Source: Trichoplax adhaerens
Lineage: Eukaryota > Animalia > Placozoa
Assembly: GCF_000150275.1 (NCBI RefSeq)
Contig: NW_002060948.1
Location: 2,534,180 to 2,598,179 of the forward strand
Direction of reading: 5' to 3'
Length of the DNA stretch: 64,000 bases
Of the stretch, positions 1 to 13,500 are shown piece by piece. How positions within the stretch are numbered: position 1 is the stretch's first letter; every line of letters starts with the position of its first letter. Below the pieces are notes generated by a model. The model made no database searches and was not told the DNA's origin. It saw only the letters and a program-made list of their open reading frames with translations. The position numbers and the translations under genes were made by a program.

Positions 1-3000
1 ATCACTACTATTCATCATCTTTATCAATTAATACTCAATAAGTCGGAGGATATTAGCTAAAATTGGTTATTAGTCAATTAATTTTCTTAAATTACCTAAA
101 TGAAGATACGTGAAAGAGTCGATAGATGATAATTTCAGCTAGAAAAATGATTTATAGTCATAGCCAATCTAGACATGCAAGTTGTTCATCAGATTTGATT
201 CGGCAAGATAAATTGTTTAATAACTCCTCAAGGGTAATACTGTAATCGACGTAAAACGATGTTGGCTTTGATTTTGGTTGAATATAGGAGTACCTTGAAT
301 GATCCACGCAATGAAGAATAGATAGAGTTTAATCTTACTTAATTAATTAATTGCAGCTATGACCAATAACAACCAGTTTGTAAGATAGTATCCAGTCCAG
401 ATCTTAATCTCGATCCAAAAATGTTTTTTTAATATGGTTGCTGTTTTTTTAGTGCAGTTGACCTAAACTCTTTTCGACTTGTATTTCTGATCAGAGCATA
501 AAATGACTTTTTGATCTTGATGTGAACTATCCTTACCACGTAACAATTTACATGAACATATATATATATATATAGATAACTGTATTTATATATACCTATA
601 TATGTATATATATAGCGTACTATGGGACTAAAACTGCAATGAAATGATGATAAAATATGAATATTGAGAATAATCAAGCAGGTAATGGTGATTTAAAATT
701 ATTCTAAAAAACCATGGAGTAAACTATTTTCAGTCTTAATTTTTATCCTGCCTTTGTCACTTTATAACTTTGATGATGAGCATACCTGATAATTGCGATA
801 CATTGATATAAGTAATAGAACCTAAACTGCAATAAACGACGGGAAAAGTGATAAATATTCAATCTTGATAATTATTTTTTTAAATAAGAAGAATAAATTA
901 ACCTAGTAATAGTAGCTTAAGGTTCTCAATGCCTAATATCCAAACAAGTTGAAAAAATGATACAATTGAATATAACATCAAAGAGAGAATTTCCTTTTTT
1001 AGATTGGTTAAATTTGTTAATGCAATATTAAACTGGGTAAATTCACAGATTAAGAAACGACGAATACTGCTGGCAGTGGCATAGATAGATAAAATCGTCC
1101 AATAATTACCAACTTACAATAATAATTTAATCGTACTTGAATATCTCCGTATAAATCTGTAATTGTTCTCAACATAAATTGAGCATAGCTCAAAATGACA
1201 AAGTCGAGAGTAATAAAAAAAGTGAATTCGAATGAGTCAAGTATTAATTAAGAACTATAAATATAAATTGATAAAGCTGTTAATAAGAAATGCTAAAGGC
1301 GATTGATGATGGTGGAGATAATTTCATGTAATTTAAACTAGGTCGAAATTTATCATTCTTTCAACAAAACCAGAAATTATGAGATAGTATTAAAATTTAG
1401 TATGATAATAAGATTTAAAAATAAGGAGAAATAGATAAGACAAGGCTTAACAAATAGACAGGCTGGGTACCTACTAGATTTAAGCCTAATTCTAGCAATT
1501 CTATCTAATAATTCAACTCGTTTCAGTTTTACAAAATCCTTGAATAGATCGCTTTTAAAACATAGAATACTTCAATTCCAAGCTAATTTAACCTTGATCG
1601 AAGCAATACCTTTCGATCTTGAAATGATAAAGAGGAGAGCTAAGAAAGCAATACTTCACACTATACCATTGACAACATTATATAAAATCAAGGTCAATCA
1701 ATAATCAAAGGCTTTAATATAAATAGCAATGGGCCAAGTAGTTCCGTTCAAACTATCCTTATTAGAATAAAAAAAGACAACGTTGATAAATATACGAGCC
1801 TAGGTATTGTCGATATTAAAATAGAAAAGGCGAATGTGATCAGATGGTAGAATTTATACGCCGCAATTTAATTAACTCTCAAACTGTCTCCCACTTTCCT
1901 GTTTTGTTTTTGGATCGATCTCCATCCATTAACTGCATAGTACACAAATGGACACGTATGTACATAATCATGGATAAAATGATAATAACTAGCAAATAGT
2001 TGCAAGGTGAATATGCAAAATGCAATCATGAAGACAATGCAAAACCTTGCAGACTGAAATTACCCCATGATAAACAATAATAAACGAATCATCGTTGCTA
2101 CGAGAACAAACATGAATAATATATTTTTGTATATATACAATTAAATTGAAATTAAAAATAATAGGATGGAGAGAGAGAGAAAAAAAATAAATAATCCTAT
2201 ATATGTAATCATGGCTGAGGATACTAGACAGTTTCGAGAATAAACAAAAAGTTGCGTCAATACCATCATTTCTTAACAGGATTATAACACTTTCAATATC
2301 GACGAGACATAATAATTCTAACTGTCATGCAAAAAAAATGCATGGTATGAATAATTTTCAAAATTATTTCCCTCCTACGCTATTTCGATCTTACGTCTTT
2401 GCCTCTTTTTCGATCGCCATTATTTATTCCATTAGCTGTCATAGTGCTTGCCATGTCTGTCGAATAGCCCATTTTCCTAATCAGATAACAATACGCATTT
2501 AGGTTAAATCATTTTCGAAATATGATTAACCATACTGACATGATCATAAAAGACCTTGAAGATTAGACTTCCTCATCTTGGGTGTGAATTTTCTATCTTT
2601 TCTGTGACAATGATATAGATTAGCCTTGCTCAAATCATACATAAATCCCCTATTGTCGCCTACTTATCCCACAGACAATTCCTATTTTGACCGATTTTAT
2701 CAAAACTAAAATAGTAGAAGTTATGACTTTATTTGGGACATTTCTTGTATCTATTGGGAAATTATATCCTTTTAATTGATTTCTTGCTAGTACACCTCAA
2801 AATTGAAAAACAATTAATATATTATTAACGTAGACCTACTTTTGACTATCGACTATTGATCGGTATAAAAAGAACTTCTTGCTAATAAGTAAAAGAACTT
2901 GCTTCAAAGTTTAATTAGTACTAGATATTGGTTTAGCCTACAGCAGTATCGATCAATTGCAACCTTAATTAATAGCCGAATGAGAAAAAGAGTGAGATAA

Positions 3001-5454
3001 TCAAAATTTGCTAGTAAAGTAGGATTGTCTCGCTGTCATAATAACGAGAGGAAGCTTACATGATCATGCTAAACTGTTTATTCGATAAAGATCTGCTTAT
3101 TTTCAACTATTTGACCCTATTGACAGTTCATATAAGAAAACTATTCTTGTAAGAGCGGTATTGATATCATTATTTCATCTAGTAATTGACATTCTACTGA
3201 TATAGCTAACAAGTACTGGTAGATTTAGATCATTATTAATTTATTATATATAGTCGTAATTATAATCAAACAATTCGTTAATAAAAACAGATCGCCAGAA
3301 ACTTACCATATTGCTACAGAGTACACTATTTCCAACCTAGCAATCAAAAATAGGTCATTCATTATTCGACTCCTTATCCTTCATTGGTATTAATTTATAT
3401 AATACCGCCTAGCAAATCAGAATTGTAGCATGTATGGATATAAGATAAACATAGGATTGATAATAAAAAATCAGAAAATGGTCTTATTAGCGAGAATGTT
3501 ATGATTGATTTTCTACTCAATCATTTTTTACTCTGCAGGAGTAATAATAAAATAATTATATTTATTCTTCGGAAGTGGACTGTGCAGTCTATTTTTATAG
3601 TAGTGGTATCGTTTATAGCTAGCTTATTAGTAGAACCAGAGACTGCTACCAAAATTCTAATAGCCCTTGGTGAAATCTAGACTACATTCACTCTTAGTTG
3701 TCATCAAATGCAACTCCATTAGCAATTAAAGATCATTTCGTATAACATTATAATATCAGAATTGAGATTTTTACAGATTTATCTCAATTTTAAATTTATT
3801 GCTGGCCTATCAGTTGCTCTATAGCCCAAATGATATATGATATTACGGTTTGAGTTATAAAATCCGAGCTATCAGCCAATAATTAAGCTATTTCATATCC
3901 TGTGTTTTGTTTTGTAGTTATCGTCCCCTATAGAAATAGATAGCTACGATTTATTTTATTCTACAAGTAAATAGATCATGCATGAGACTATAATCGATAT
4001 TAAATTTAAAGTATATCTCGTAGGCTTTGTTGTAGATATATTGGTTAAATTTCACATATTTTATGAATTAAAATGTGAAATAGTGCTCGATATCATGTTT
4101 CTGAGCAACCTGCTTAAAATAATTATTGCTAGATGAGCTAACTATAGTTAATTACAACATGAATTTTAAAGAAACTCATAATAATTTGCATGTTTATCAT
4201 ACGGTAATAATATTTCTTCATAGCTGTCATCATTGCCAAAGTACTTCTGATGAAACTGGTGTTTTTCTGCAGAATTATTGTCATGCAATAATCATATGTC
4301 TTCATTATTGTCATCTCTAGCTGCATAGCTGGAATATTTAACCACATAGTTGTAGAAATTGATGTTTTTCGTCTAATTTTCTGCTAGTACCGTAATTGCT
4401 ACATTGATTGAATGCGTTATTGCAATGTACATGATAATTATCTGGAAGTAATCTCTGCTTAACTACCGTCTCATATAAGTAATTCCCAGAAAATTCGACA
4501 TCATAGGATAAGTGGTACTTTTACTTCATCAATATGAGCACACTAATATGATATTGGAGAGATTTTATTAAGACTTGAATATTATGATACCTGAAGCATT
4601 TTCAATTTTTTAAGGCAAAAGTAATCAATATTTGCATTAATAAATATCTGTGCTTAATTTACATTGATCGATAATGGTAACTAATTAATATTTTATATTC
4701 TAAGAACGAGAATGACACGAACAGTTTTTGTTTTAACTTATATTACTTTAGGCTTCAAATAGTCCGGATGTTATTATGATAGGTTCATCAATTATTTATG
4801 CACAGAATTAGCAGAAAATAGGTAAGAAAACGTGGCATTGCATTGTAATACCAACAAAATTTATGTATTTTTGAGCAGCATCTAGTTATTACAAATTGAA
4901 GTAATGGAAATCATAGCGATCAAGTTGACATTAATAACTTGATATACGCGTAAATGAAACGCTATTAAAAAACAGGAAATGAGTGAAATTGCATTCTCTT
5001 TATACTTTTGAACTTGTTAAATGACCTTAAAATGACCCATTTCTTGTATTGGTGAACCTTTCAAATAGCGAATCAAATCATAGGAGAAAAAACTTAATAT
5101 AATCACCAATAAGACAACAAATCAGAATAAACTTGACATCTTATTAATATAGTACAAATAAAATTAAAACGTTAAAGAGAATTCGTATTTTTAATATAGA
5201 GATTTATACTATGATAGTGATGATAATGGTAAATGATTTATTGTTCTTATTTGATTACTAGCCATATCATCACGCTATTAACATCTCATGATGGCTTAAA
5301 AATAAACTGTTCTGATTAATTCATAAAATTATCTTTAAAAGGAAATGTAGAAAGAACGATTTCCACAGTCGGCTAGTTCAAATAATAAATTACCCCATAG
5401 GATACGTCAATAAGTCAGGTAATATTTTAATTACCATAATCATTGTCTGATTCA

Positions 5455-5771
5455 GTTAGTGCTAAAGTATTATTATTACTGTCTTATTTAAGAAATAGAT
5501 CACGCCTTCAGTGAAGTGACTAATTATTGCAAGATCAATGGATCCAAGTATTACGCAGGAATGACAATTCCTAGATATAGAATACTGTTACAGATATACT
5601 TATTATTATTGTCTTTGGTTAGCGCTAAAGTGTTTTCAATACCGTCTTATTTAAGAAGCAGATCATTTCTTTCGTTAATTGATTGATTATTGCAAGGTCA
5701 ATGAGTGTAAGTATATAATGCGCATATGATAATCCTTAGACATTGAATACTATTACAGATATGCTTATTAT
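5455..5771. repeat. Degenerate tandem duplication, ~163-bp period
   Basis: Anchors GTTAG.GCTAAAGT, GTCTTATTTAAGAA, ATTATTGCAAG.TCAATG and GAATACT.TTACAGATAT.CTTATTAT each occur twice in order. Confidence 0.75.
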
Positions 5772-8700
5772 GGATATTTATAACCAAAGCTATAAAATAA
5801 TTACAGATAATCTTAGACAATCTTAATCCAGAAGATTTACGATCAGATCCAAAGAAAAGAAAAGATCAATCCTAATAAGATCATTGTTAGAACTAGCAAG
5901 AAATTATAAAAATAGCAATTATTATAATAATTAAGCTAAGATTTTTTAAATCCTTGCCTTTTACTTGATTTAATATTCACTTTTAAGTAATATAAATACC
6001 AAGATAACAAATCAATCGTTTATTAATATATTCTACTTATAAACTCTAGCTTATGATCAATTTTTAGTACGACATAAAATCATGGTAGTAGGGCCAAGGC
6101 TTCTATATCCTTATCATTAACTCAAGCTATGATCGATATTTAATATGTTATAAAAACCGTAGTAATAAAGTTGGTCTAATATATTTTCACTTTTAAGGAC
6201 TGATTTTCAATATATCATGAAAAGTCATAACTATATAGCTGGCTTTTCTTCATATATCCTTACCTTCAACTCCAATTAGTAACTATTATATCGTAAAAAT
6301 TATTATAATGGAGATAAAACTCCTACATCATTGCCTTTTAAACTCTAGTTAATGATAAATCACAATACACTATGCCCCATATAGAAAATTTTACTATCGT
6401 TTAGTGAATTTCTGCTATGCACATTATTCAGTGTCGTAGTTAAATCATACGAATTAAATATAAATCGTAAAAATTTTTGTAAACATAATAATAAGAATCC
6501 TGTTTCTATTCTATTCATCTTAGATATGCAACTTTTGTTCTCAATACCATCTCCAAGGTACCAATGCCTATACAGAATATTAATATAATTTATTATTTTC
6601 TGGTAACTTATTTTATCTCGCTAATCCTGGATTGTCTAATAGTTATAATATATAGGTAGTCCAATATATCTTTCCATGTAGATATAGTCGTATTGTGCCT
6701 ACTACATTGCTTTAACTAAATCGGTCATACTAATACTGATTATATTTATAAATTTTATGCTGTTCAGTCCCTTATAAGTAACCTACTTATCTTTCTATTC
6801 CTAGTAAGTAAACAGTTTATCTAGCAAATTTATTATGTGCATCCGCTTATACAATTTTTTTACATCTGTAATATCATCTAAGATGATTATACTGATACCA
6901 ATTAGGTCATAAAACTTAAAAATCATTGTGGAAATTCATAGTCGTTCTATTTAATTGATCAATAAATTACTCCGCCTAATAAATCTCTTCATATACTTAT
7001 ATATAGCAAATATTCTAGATACATATGCCTTTATTTAAGATAGTCTGCTAATATCGCTAAGATTTCCCGTCTCACAAATTGTCAGCAGTAGCAGCTGATT
7101 GTATCATTCTATGTAGTAATAAAAGATATTTTTAACGCCTCTCGTATTCTTGCGCAAGGAGTTCCTTTGATCTACTGTTTTGCTCAAGTTCTGTAGCTAT
7201 TTGTATTATCAAGATGATTTATAAAGAATCTTCTTACCGTAACTATTTCCGCCATTTGTAATTAGAGCGGCATTATTCATACCGTACTATGAATTAGTTC
7301 ATGAAATCGATGATCCTACTCACTGTATTGATTGATTATACCGCTATTAATCCAATTAATTTTTAACTTATTCTGTCGTCATTACTAGGATATACAGTAG
7401 ATACCGATTTTCATAGTTCATCAAATCAAATTGTACACAAGATATTATCCTGGCTATTATTATCACTACTTCGAATTAATTTAGTATCGTGCTTATCTAT
7501 TTCGTCTATCATCAGTTTATTTATTCGACATCAGTGGCAGCTATATCCGTATAAATTATAATTTTCAATTAGATAAAACTGACTTCAATTGAGGTGCGAT
7601 ATGAAAAAAATAATGATGGTTGACTTTGGAAGGCTATGGATAGGCATAAATTAACAGCCTTGCGGTGAGTAATCACAAGGACATTTATCCTTTTCCTTCC
7701 TTCTAAACTGAGACATATGATGTTTATTATAATAATTTCAATAATATTGCTAGCTATTAGTGTTAATAGCAAATAACTATAAATACCGTCATAATTTATT
7801 AAGTGCATTTATAATTTGTTATTTTAAGAATATTAATACCAAATATGACTATAGCTAACTAGTATACAGTATAGCTACATTCAGAAAATGATTTTCAAGA
7901 TCATATCGAATCCTACATGAATTCTAAAACTATAATATCTACATAACTAAATGGTAGTATGATGTTAAGGATTTACTGAAAGATCATAGGATAGAAACCA
8001 ATACTGCTATTCTATCTTTGTAATCATGATAGTAAATATGGATTAATAGTAAATTAATCACTAACAATCTCTAATTATCTTGTTGACAAGTTCTAAATAA
8101 TGGTAACAGATTGCAATTTCCAAGCAGATTTTCATCAAAATAATAGAATTGTTTATTGCTTGCTTCCTCTTTTTTCCTTAGTTCTCATATACACTGTTTA
8201 GCTCAACAAACTTAACATATTATTGGTCGTGCATGAACTGTAACTAGGATGTGTTCGCTGATTGCAGGAAAGCACCAATAGTCCTGATTGAAAAATGAAA
8301 TATTCATAAGAAAAGGATGTTTCTAAATGTATTATAATGTAATCATCACAACACTCACACTAACAGTGCCGGTAGATTATTTTTTTAAAAATAAGCATGG
8401 TACCGGTGTGTTAACTATACTTTTCTAATAAAATTTCTTGGTGGCAATCAGTTGAAAGGGAAATTAGGATTAGTTATCTGATCATCAATACTATTGCTTG
8501 ATGATATAATTTTACTTTATTTCTCTCATAGCAATTTATTTTTATAGATCTTAAAAATACGATTACTAATAACCATCCATCTATGGGTATCTCTGTAACA
8601 AGAACGATAAGATTCAATTGCGTGGCTTCCGATCTCCTTCCGTCTAATTATGCGAATGTTGTCAACATCATTATCAGAAATCGTCTAGAAGCCTACGTAA

Positions 8701-10359
8701 GACATGGACCTGCATGCTTCCTACTTCGAATACTGACTTGTATTGAGGAACAAAAGGTCAAGATAATATGATGACATATTATTACCATCTAAATAGGTAA
8801 CTGACATCTCATTGCCAGATTATTGATACCTGTACCGAAAGATTGTGTACGATCGTATATATGTAATCTACGAGGTTTCCTATCTTTTACAGTACTTCTG
8901 AGGTTGGAATCCCATTGGCAGCATTCGCACCGTACTTCCAATTTAGATTCATCATAGTTAAAAATCCTTGTAACATGGATATTTAAATGAGTGCTACAGT
9001 AAGAGAAATAAAACTTAGCTTCGTATTATAGGTGTAATGAACTTCTCCGAAGGTTTCATATTAACCTCTGGTTACAAATTATGAGTTTAAGCAATATAAC
9101 AGCAACATAACAATACACATACGAATATAATTATACTTAGTCCCTAAATTTATTATAGTGGTACACAAAACTATCTAGTTTTGAAAATAGGATTCACTAA
9201 TGATGATTAAATTTAAATATTCTACGTATTTACTTAGGATGCTATAGTCTCTGACATATTGATACTGTATTAGCTTCAGGAAAAATCACATCCTACGGTA
9301 GTAGAAAGAGTAAAATTGACCGATATATCGCACGCAATCAGCGATACTCTTGTTCATATGCTCACTAATGCTGAATAATGGTATATGTGCAATCAATACA
9401 TGTCCTGCAATGATAAGATAATTAAATTTAAATTGATTTCATGGCATGATATATGATATGATCAGGCTCTACAGGATTGGCACGAATACATTACAGAGTA
9501 TCGTTCGATAGTAAAAAATTACGGTAATTTTAAACCCTGAATAGCACATAAATTGTCTTAAACTCTGCCTTTCATGAGGATACCTCACATTGAACTTGTT
9601 TCCTGATGCAGTGTGATGATTGGGGTGGTTTATAAAATGTTGTTACAAATATATATATGTTACGTATGTATATACATACTCTGGTATATATAATAAAAAT
9701 TAAAATTATAGGAAATCATATGATGTCCTAAGCTAATTCTAAGATACGGTATGATTTCCTTCCATTTTATTCTTGGAATAAATACCTAGTACTAAGCTTA
9801 TCTCTTATTCGGTAAATAACTCTACTGATTTATAGATTGGGCAAGTAATTATCGATAGTTAATTTGTTCGATATACGAGAACTTCTTTAATTGCTCACTG
9901 CTGCAAATGCTAATACATCCACGCAAGCATAAAGCCTGGCATAAGAACTTGAATTATATGATTTTCTGACATGATGCAATAAGATAAAGTTCTTCACTAC
10001 CTCTTTTATGACATTTATCTCGCCTCAATAAGGTTATTAGCCTGATTTATGATGCGCTATTACAAATATTCTAGCTCCTGTCCACACTAATACCAATACG
10101 AATCCTTTCGCTATATACACACTCGTATGTCGTCAAATATATGCTGCGGTATTGTGAGATAGGTAAGCTGATTTTATCACTGATATTAGTACATATGCCT
10201 TGTTCATACATTATCATGGCCCAAGAGTAAAATTGGTAGTATACAGTATAGAAAAGGGGAAGTAAAAATGACAGTATAACCTTTTTCTAGGCGTATTTTC
10301 CCTCTGCAGTCCGTCTTTGGTCTTTCCTAGTTTGTAGCGCTAACCTAATTACGCAAGCA

Positions 10360-10385
10360 GTTGCTATGCAACAGCGTTGACGTCA
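10360..10385. promoter_or_regulatory. RFX X-box-like palindrome (GTTGCTATGCAAC) immediately followed by a perfect CRE (TGACGTCA)
   Basis: GTTGC-TAT-GCAAC at 10360-10372 and TGACGTCA at 10378-10385, about 200 bp upstream of the ATG at 10585. Confidence 0.6.
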
Positions 10386-10584
10386 TATCCCTTCGGGGTA
10401 GAAATGTTTGCTTTGCCTTATCGAGCAGAAGTTGATGAAGAAATTATAAGTTCTCCTATTCGACGCTGTCATCAATAGTTTTTATAGGGCTATCGACTGT
10501 AGCGTGATAGAACAAAGATAAAATCGTATATTGAAGGAATAGAATTAAGAAAGGCATCAAGAATTAACAAATTACGGCACCAAA

Positions 10585-13500
10585 ATGATGCTTTACGTGG
10601 AAAGTAAAGCTTTTCCTGTAAGTTTACAGCTGTTCATTAGATATATGGGACTTATAGAATAAAATTTATAAAAGTAAATTAGAGCCATTTTATCAGCTTC
10701 TGTTCAATCTGTTAACCTATCCATTAGTAGTAGTTGTTTTTGTTGAAGAAAAAACCTGAAAGGTGTTAAGGTAGTCGAATAGTGATAATAATTTGCGGTA
10801 AATAATCTAGATGCAGTAATCAAAGTAATCATAAGAATGATAGGGTGCTTACTTTATGAGAGATGGACATTTTAAATAAAATGAACTTCGATACATACTT
10901 TTTTTCATATCGTTTCACTCTTATTCATGGATTGTGCTGCCAATTGAGAGCTGTACAATCCAATTAAACATCCGCTCTTCAGTTAAATTGACGGATATTT
11001 ACAGCCTGTTGCTTTTATTAAACATTGGAGTTTCAGTATAAAGGGCGATAGTGGTATCCTAAATACACGAAAGGTTTTAACTTTAATGTCTGTTTTTTTC
11101 CAAAATATTTTTACTCATTATTTAAAGGTAGTTTCAGTAATTCTTTTCTTCGTAAACATGATACACTATAGCTTAAAAGGTTAATATGAGAATATAACGC
11201 ATTCATATATTGAATCTTTCGTTGAATATTAGAGAAAAACATTTATCATATTATGTAAGCTGACGGACACAATTGCTCGAGCTCGGTCTCAAATGCTGCA
11301 TATTTTATGGGAACTTGGACGTGATGATCATCAATTTAGATTTCGCTATCGTGGCCAATATCTCCGCGATGCTTATACATTTGAGGTAATGGAATCGTAA
11401 AAATACCTTAAAAGATCCAGTGCACACAATATTTAGTATTACAAGTGAAAGTACGTCTTCTTGTTTTATATTTCGATCTTTAAATTGGATATCACGTTCT
11501 TTATTACCTAAGGATTATGAAATTCCTGAAAATGCAGTTGTCAAGATGGTTCCTATGGCTAAGCGTCAAGAGGTAACCTAGCTTAAATAGAAATGATTAT
11601 CGATGCTAACATGATTGCTCACTACGACCGTAAACCAACACAGTTTGGATAACATCCAACTTGGATTTATTTCTCCTCCTTCCTCTCTACTTGTTGCTTA
11701 AAAAATTTGTTTTTTGTTGCAGTCATTTGTGGATCTGCGTAGAATGGATGGCCAGAGTGATTTAGGACAAGGGACATCGGATGAAGTTCTCAATGCTCTA
11801 AATCAAGAAATCCAAGTATTTGTTAGGAGAGAAAAGTTACTTGCAGCACTACAGGTATGATAAATAGTACCCTTGTTTATCAATAATTCTTACGAGCTAG
11901 TAAGATTTTGACAGCGAATCCGCAGTGTTAATGAACTTCAATAAATCTATTGGGTAGAAGTATTGAAGTTGCATTTTTCCTACATTTTTGTTGGTATGCA
12001 GGCATTTCTTTGGCTATGGGCATTAGCCACCATGTTATCTTTTATCACTAATTACTTTTACAGCGGATTCTGGAACGGTAAATGTACTAATTTAAAGAGT
12101 TTATGATAGCCATTTTACCTAATTTATGGAACTTATTTTCGTGACTAGTCTTAATATAATTGTGTTTATGTCTGTTATGATATCCTTTAGATAACTTTAT
12201 GATTTAATTATTTCATTTTTAGTTATCATTGTCTATTTCCTATTTAAATACTGTCCAACGTTTACTCGTACGGGAGGATTTGTTGGTCGAGCATCTCAAT
12301 AGTAAGCGTTCAGATAATACGAACTATGCACTTAAAAATATATCTACCAATCTTGTGGAATAGCTTGTATGATGATTAAATCTGTACTGGTTTAACTCGA
12401 AATCATTTTTCTCTCGCAGTCATGGAAGATATATGATTATCTATGCTATTGCCTCTATCTTATGCTTGGCACCAAATGTCGTGTTTTTATGCTTGTTGCT
12501 ACCTCCTATGATTGTAAGCAGCGATTAAAATAAATTTAATTTAATATGTTGTGCCTCCAGAACTATAATATCGTTATTCTCTCGTTATGCTAGCAACATA
12601 TATGATACGATATGCTTAGAAATAGATAAAACTGTTTAATGATGTATCTTATATTTATCTAGCAACAAGGTTGTGCCGGTTATGTTGGTTCCTGCACCCA
12701 CTGGCTGCTTTGGTCAGGTAGGTCCAAATAAATTTAATTAATGCACTGGCTTCATCCTTTAAAGGGGGCAATTTGTAAATTGATAACTTTGCCATCTTTT
12801 TAGTCATCTTTTACGCGTGCTTTGCTCTTCTCTTATTCCTTCAAACCTGCCTCATTCCATTTATTATTTACAATTTCCGATTTAAGGTAGGCTATATAAT
12901 TTACTCATCTATACGTGGATATAGTACCTATTTTAATTGCGGTATATATTTATATCTTAACTAGGCGGGGGATTTCGTAGAACAGCACTTGGTTAAGACT
13001 AGAGATGTTGAGAAAGTGTTATTTTCAGCTAGAAATGGAAAGTAAGGATCATGAGCTGATGTGGCTTACCCTGGCTATTGTTGATATTATTTTAATAATT
13101 AACTTCATGTATAGTTGTTAAAATTAATACGGTATGCTTTAGACTGATTTGATTTACCGTTCTACAGAATCAAAGAAAAGCGTAATGCAGCTTTTGAACT
13201 GGCTAGCTTTGCCGCTTGTAGCGATGATAACAAATATAAAATTGTCTCACAAGGCGGTATGGAAGTACTATCCAATCTGAGTTTATCGAGGGACGAGGTA
13301 TTGTATAAAAAAATATTATTACACGTTACTGTAGAGAACAGATTTAGGATATGTATATTCCGAATAGTTTTGTATTTATTCTTAAAATTATTAGTTATAA
13401 TATATGCTAGAACAATTATACCAATCGATTATTATAAACATATAAGCTAAAGATAATCACTTATGCTAACCTATCTCATGTGGTCTATGTCTTTTACGTC

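Noticed and set aside
7134-7282. Minus-strand coding-like fragments (MNNAALITNGGNSY / ATELEQNSRSKELLAQEYERR*)
   Set aside because: Would need a 41-nt intron, shorter than the others checked here, and the product is tiny and unrecognisable.
429-7808. Short ORFs in the first 8 kb
   Set aside because: Low-complexity AT-driven composition (one spans a TA microsatellite), no domains, and no coherent exon chain.
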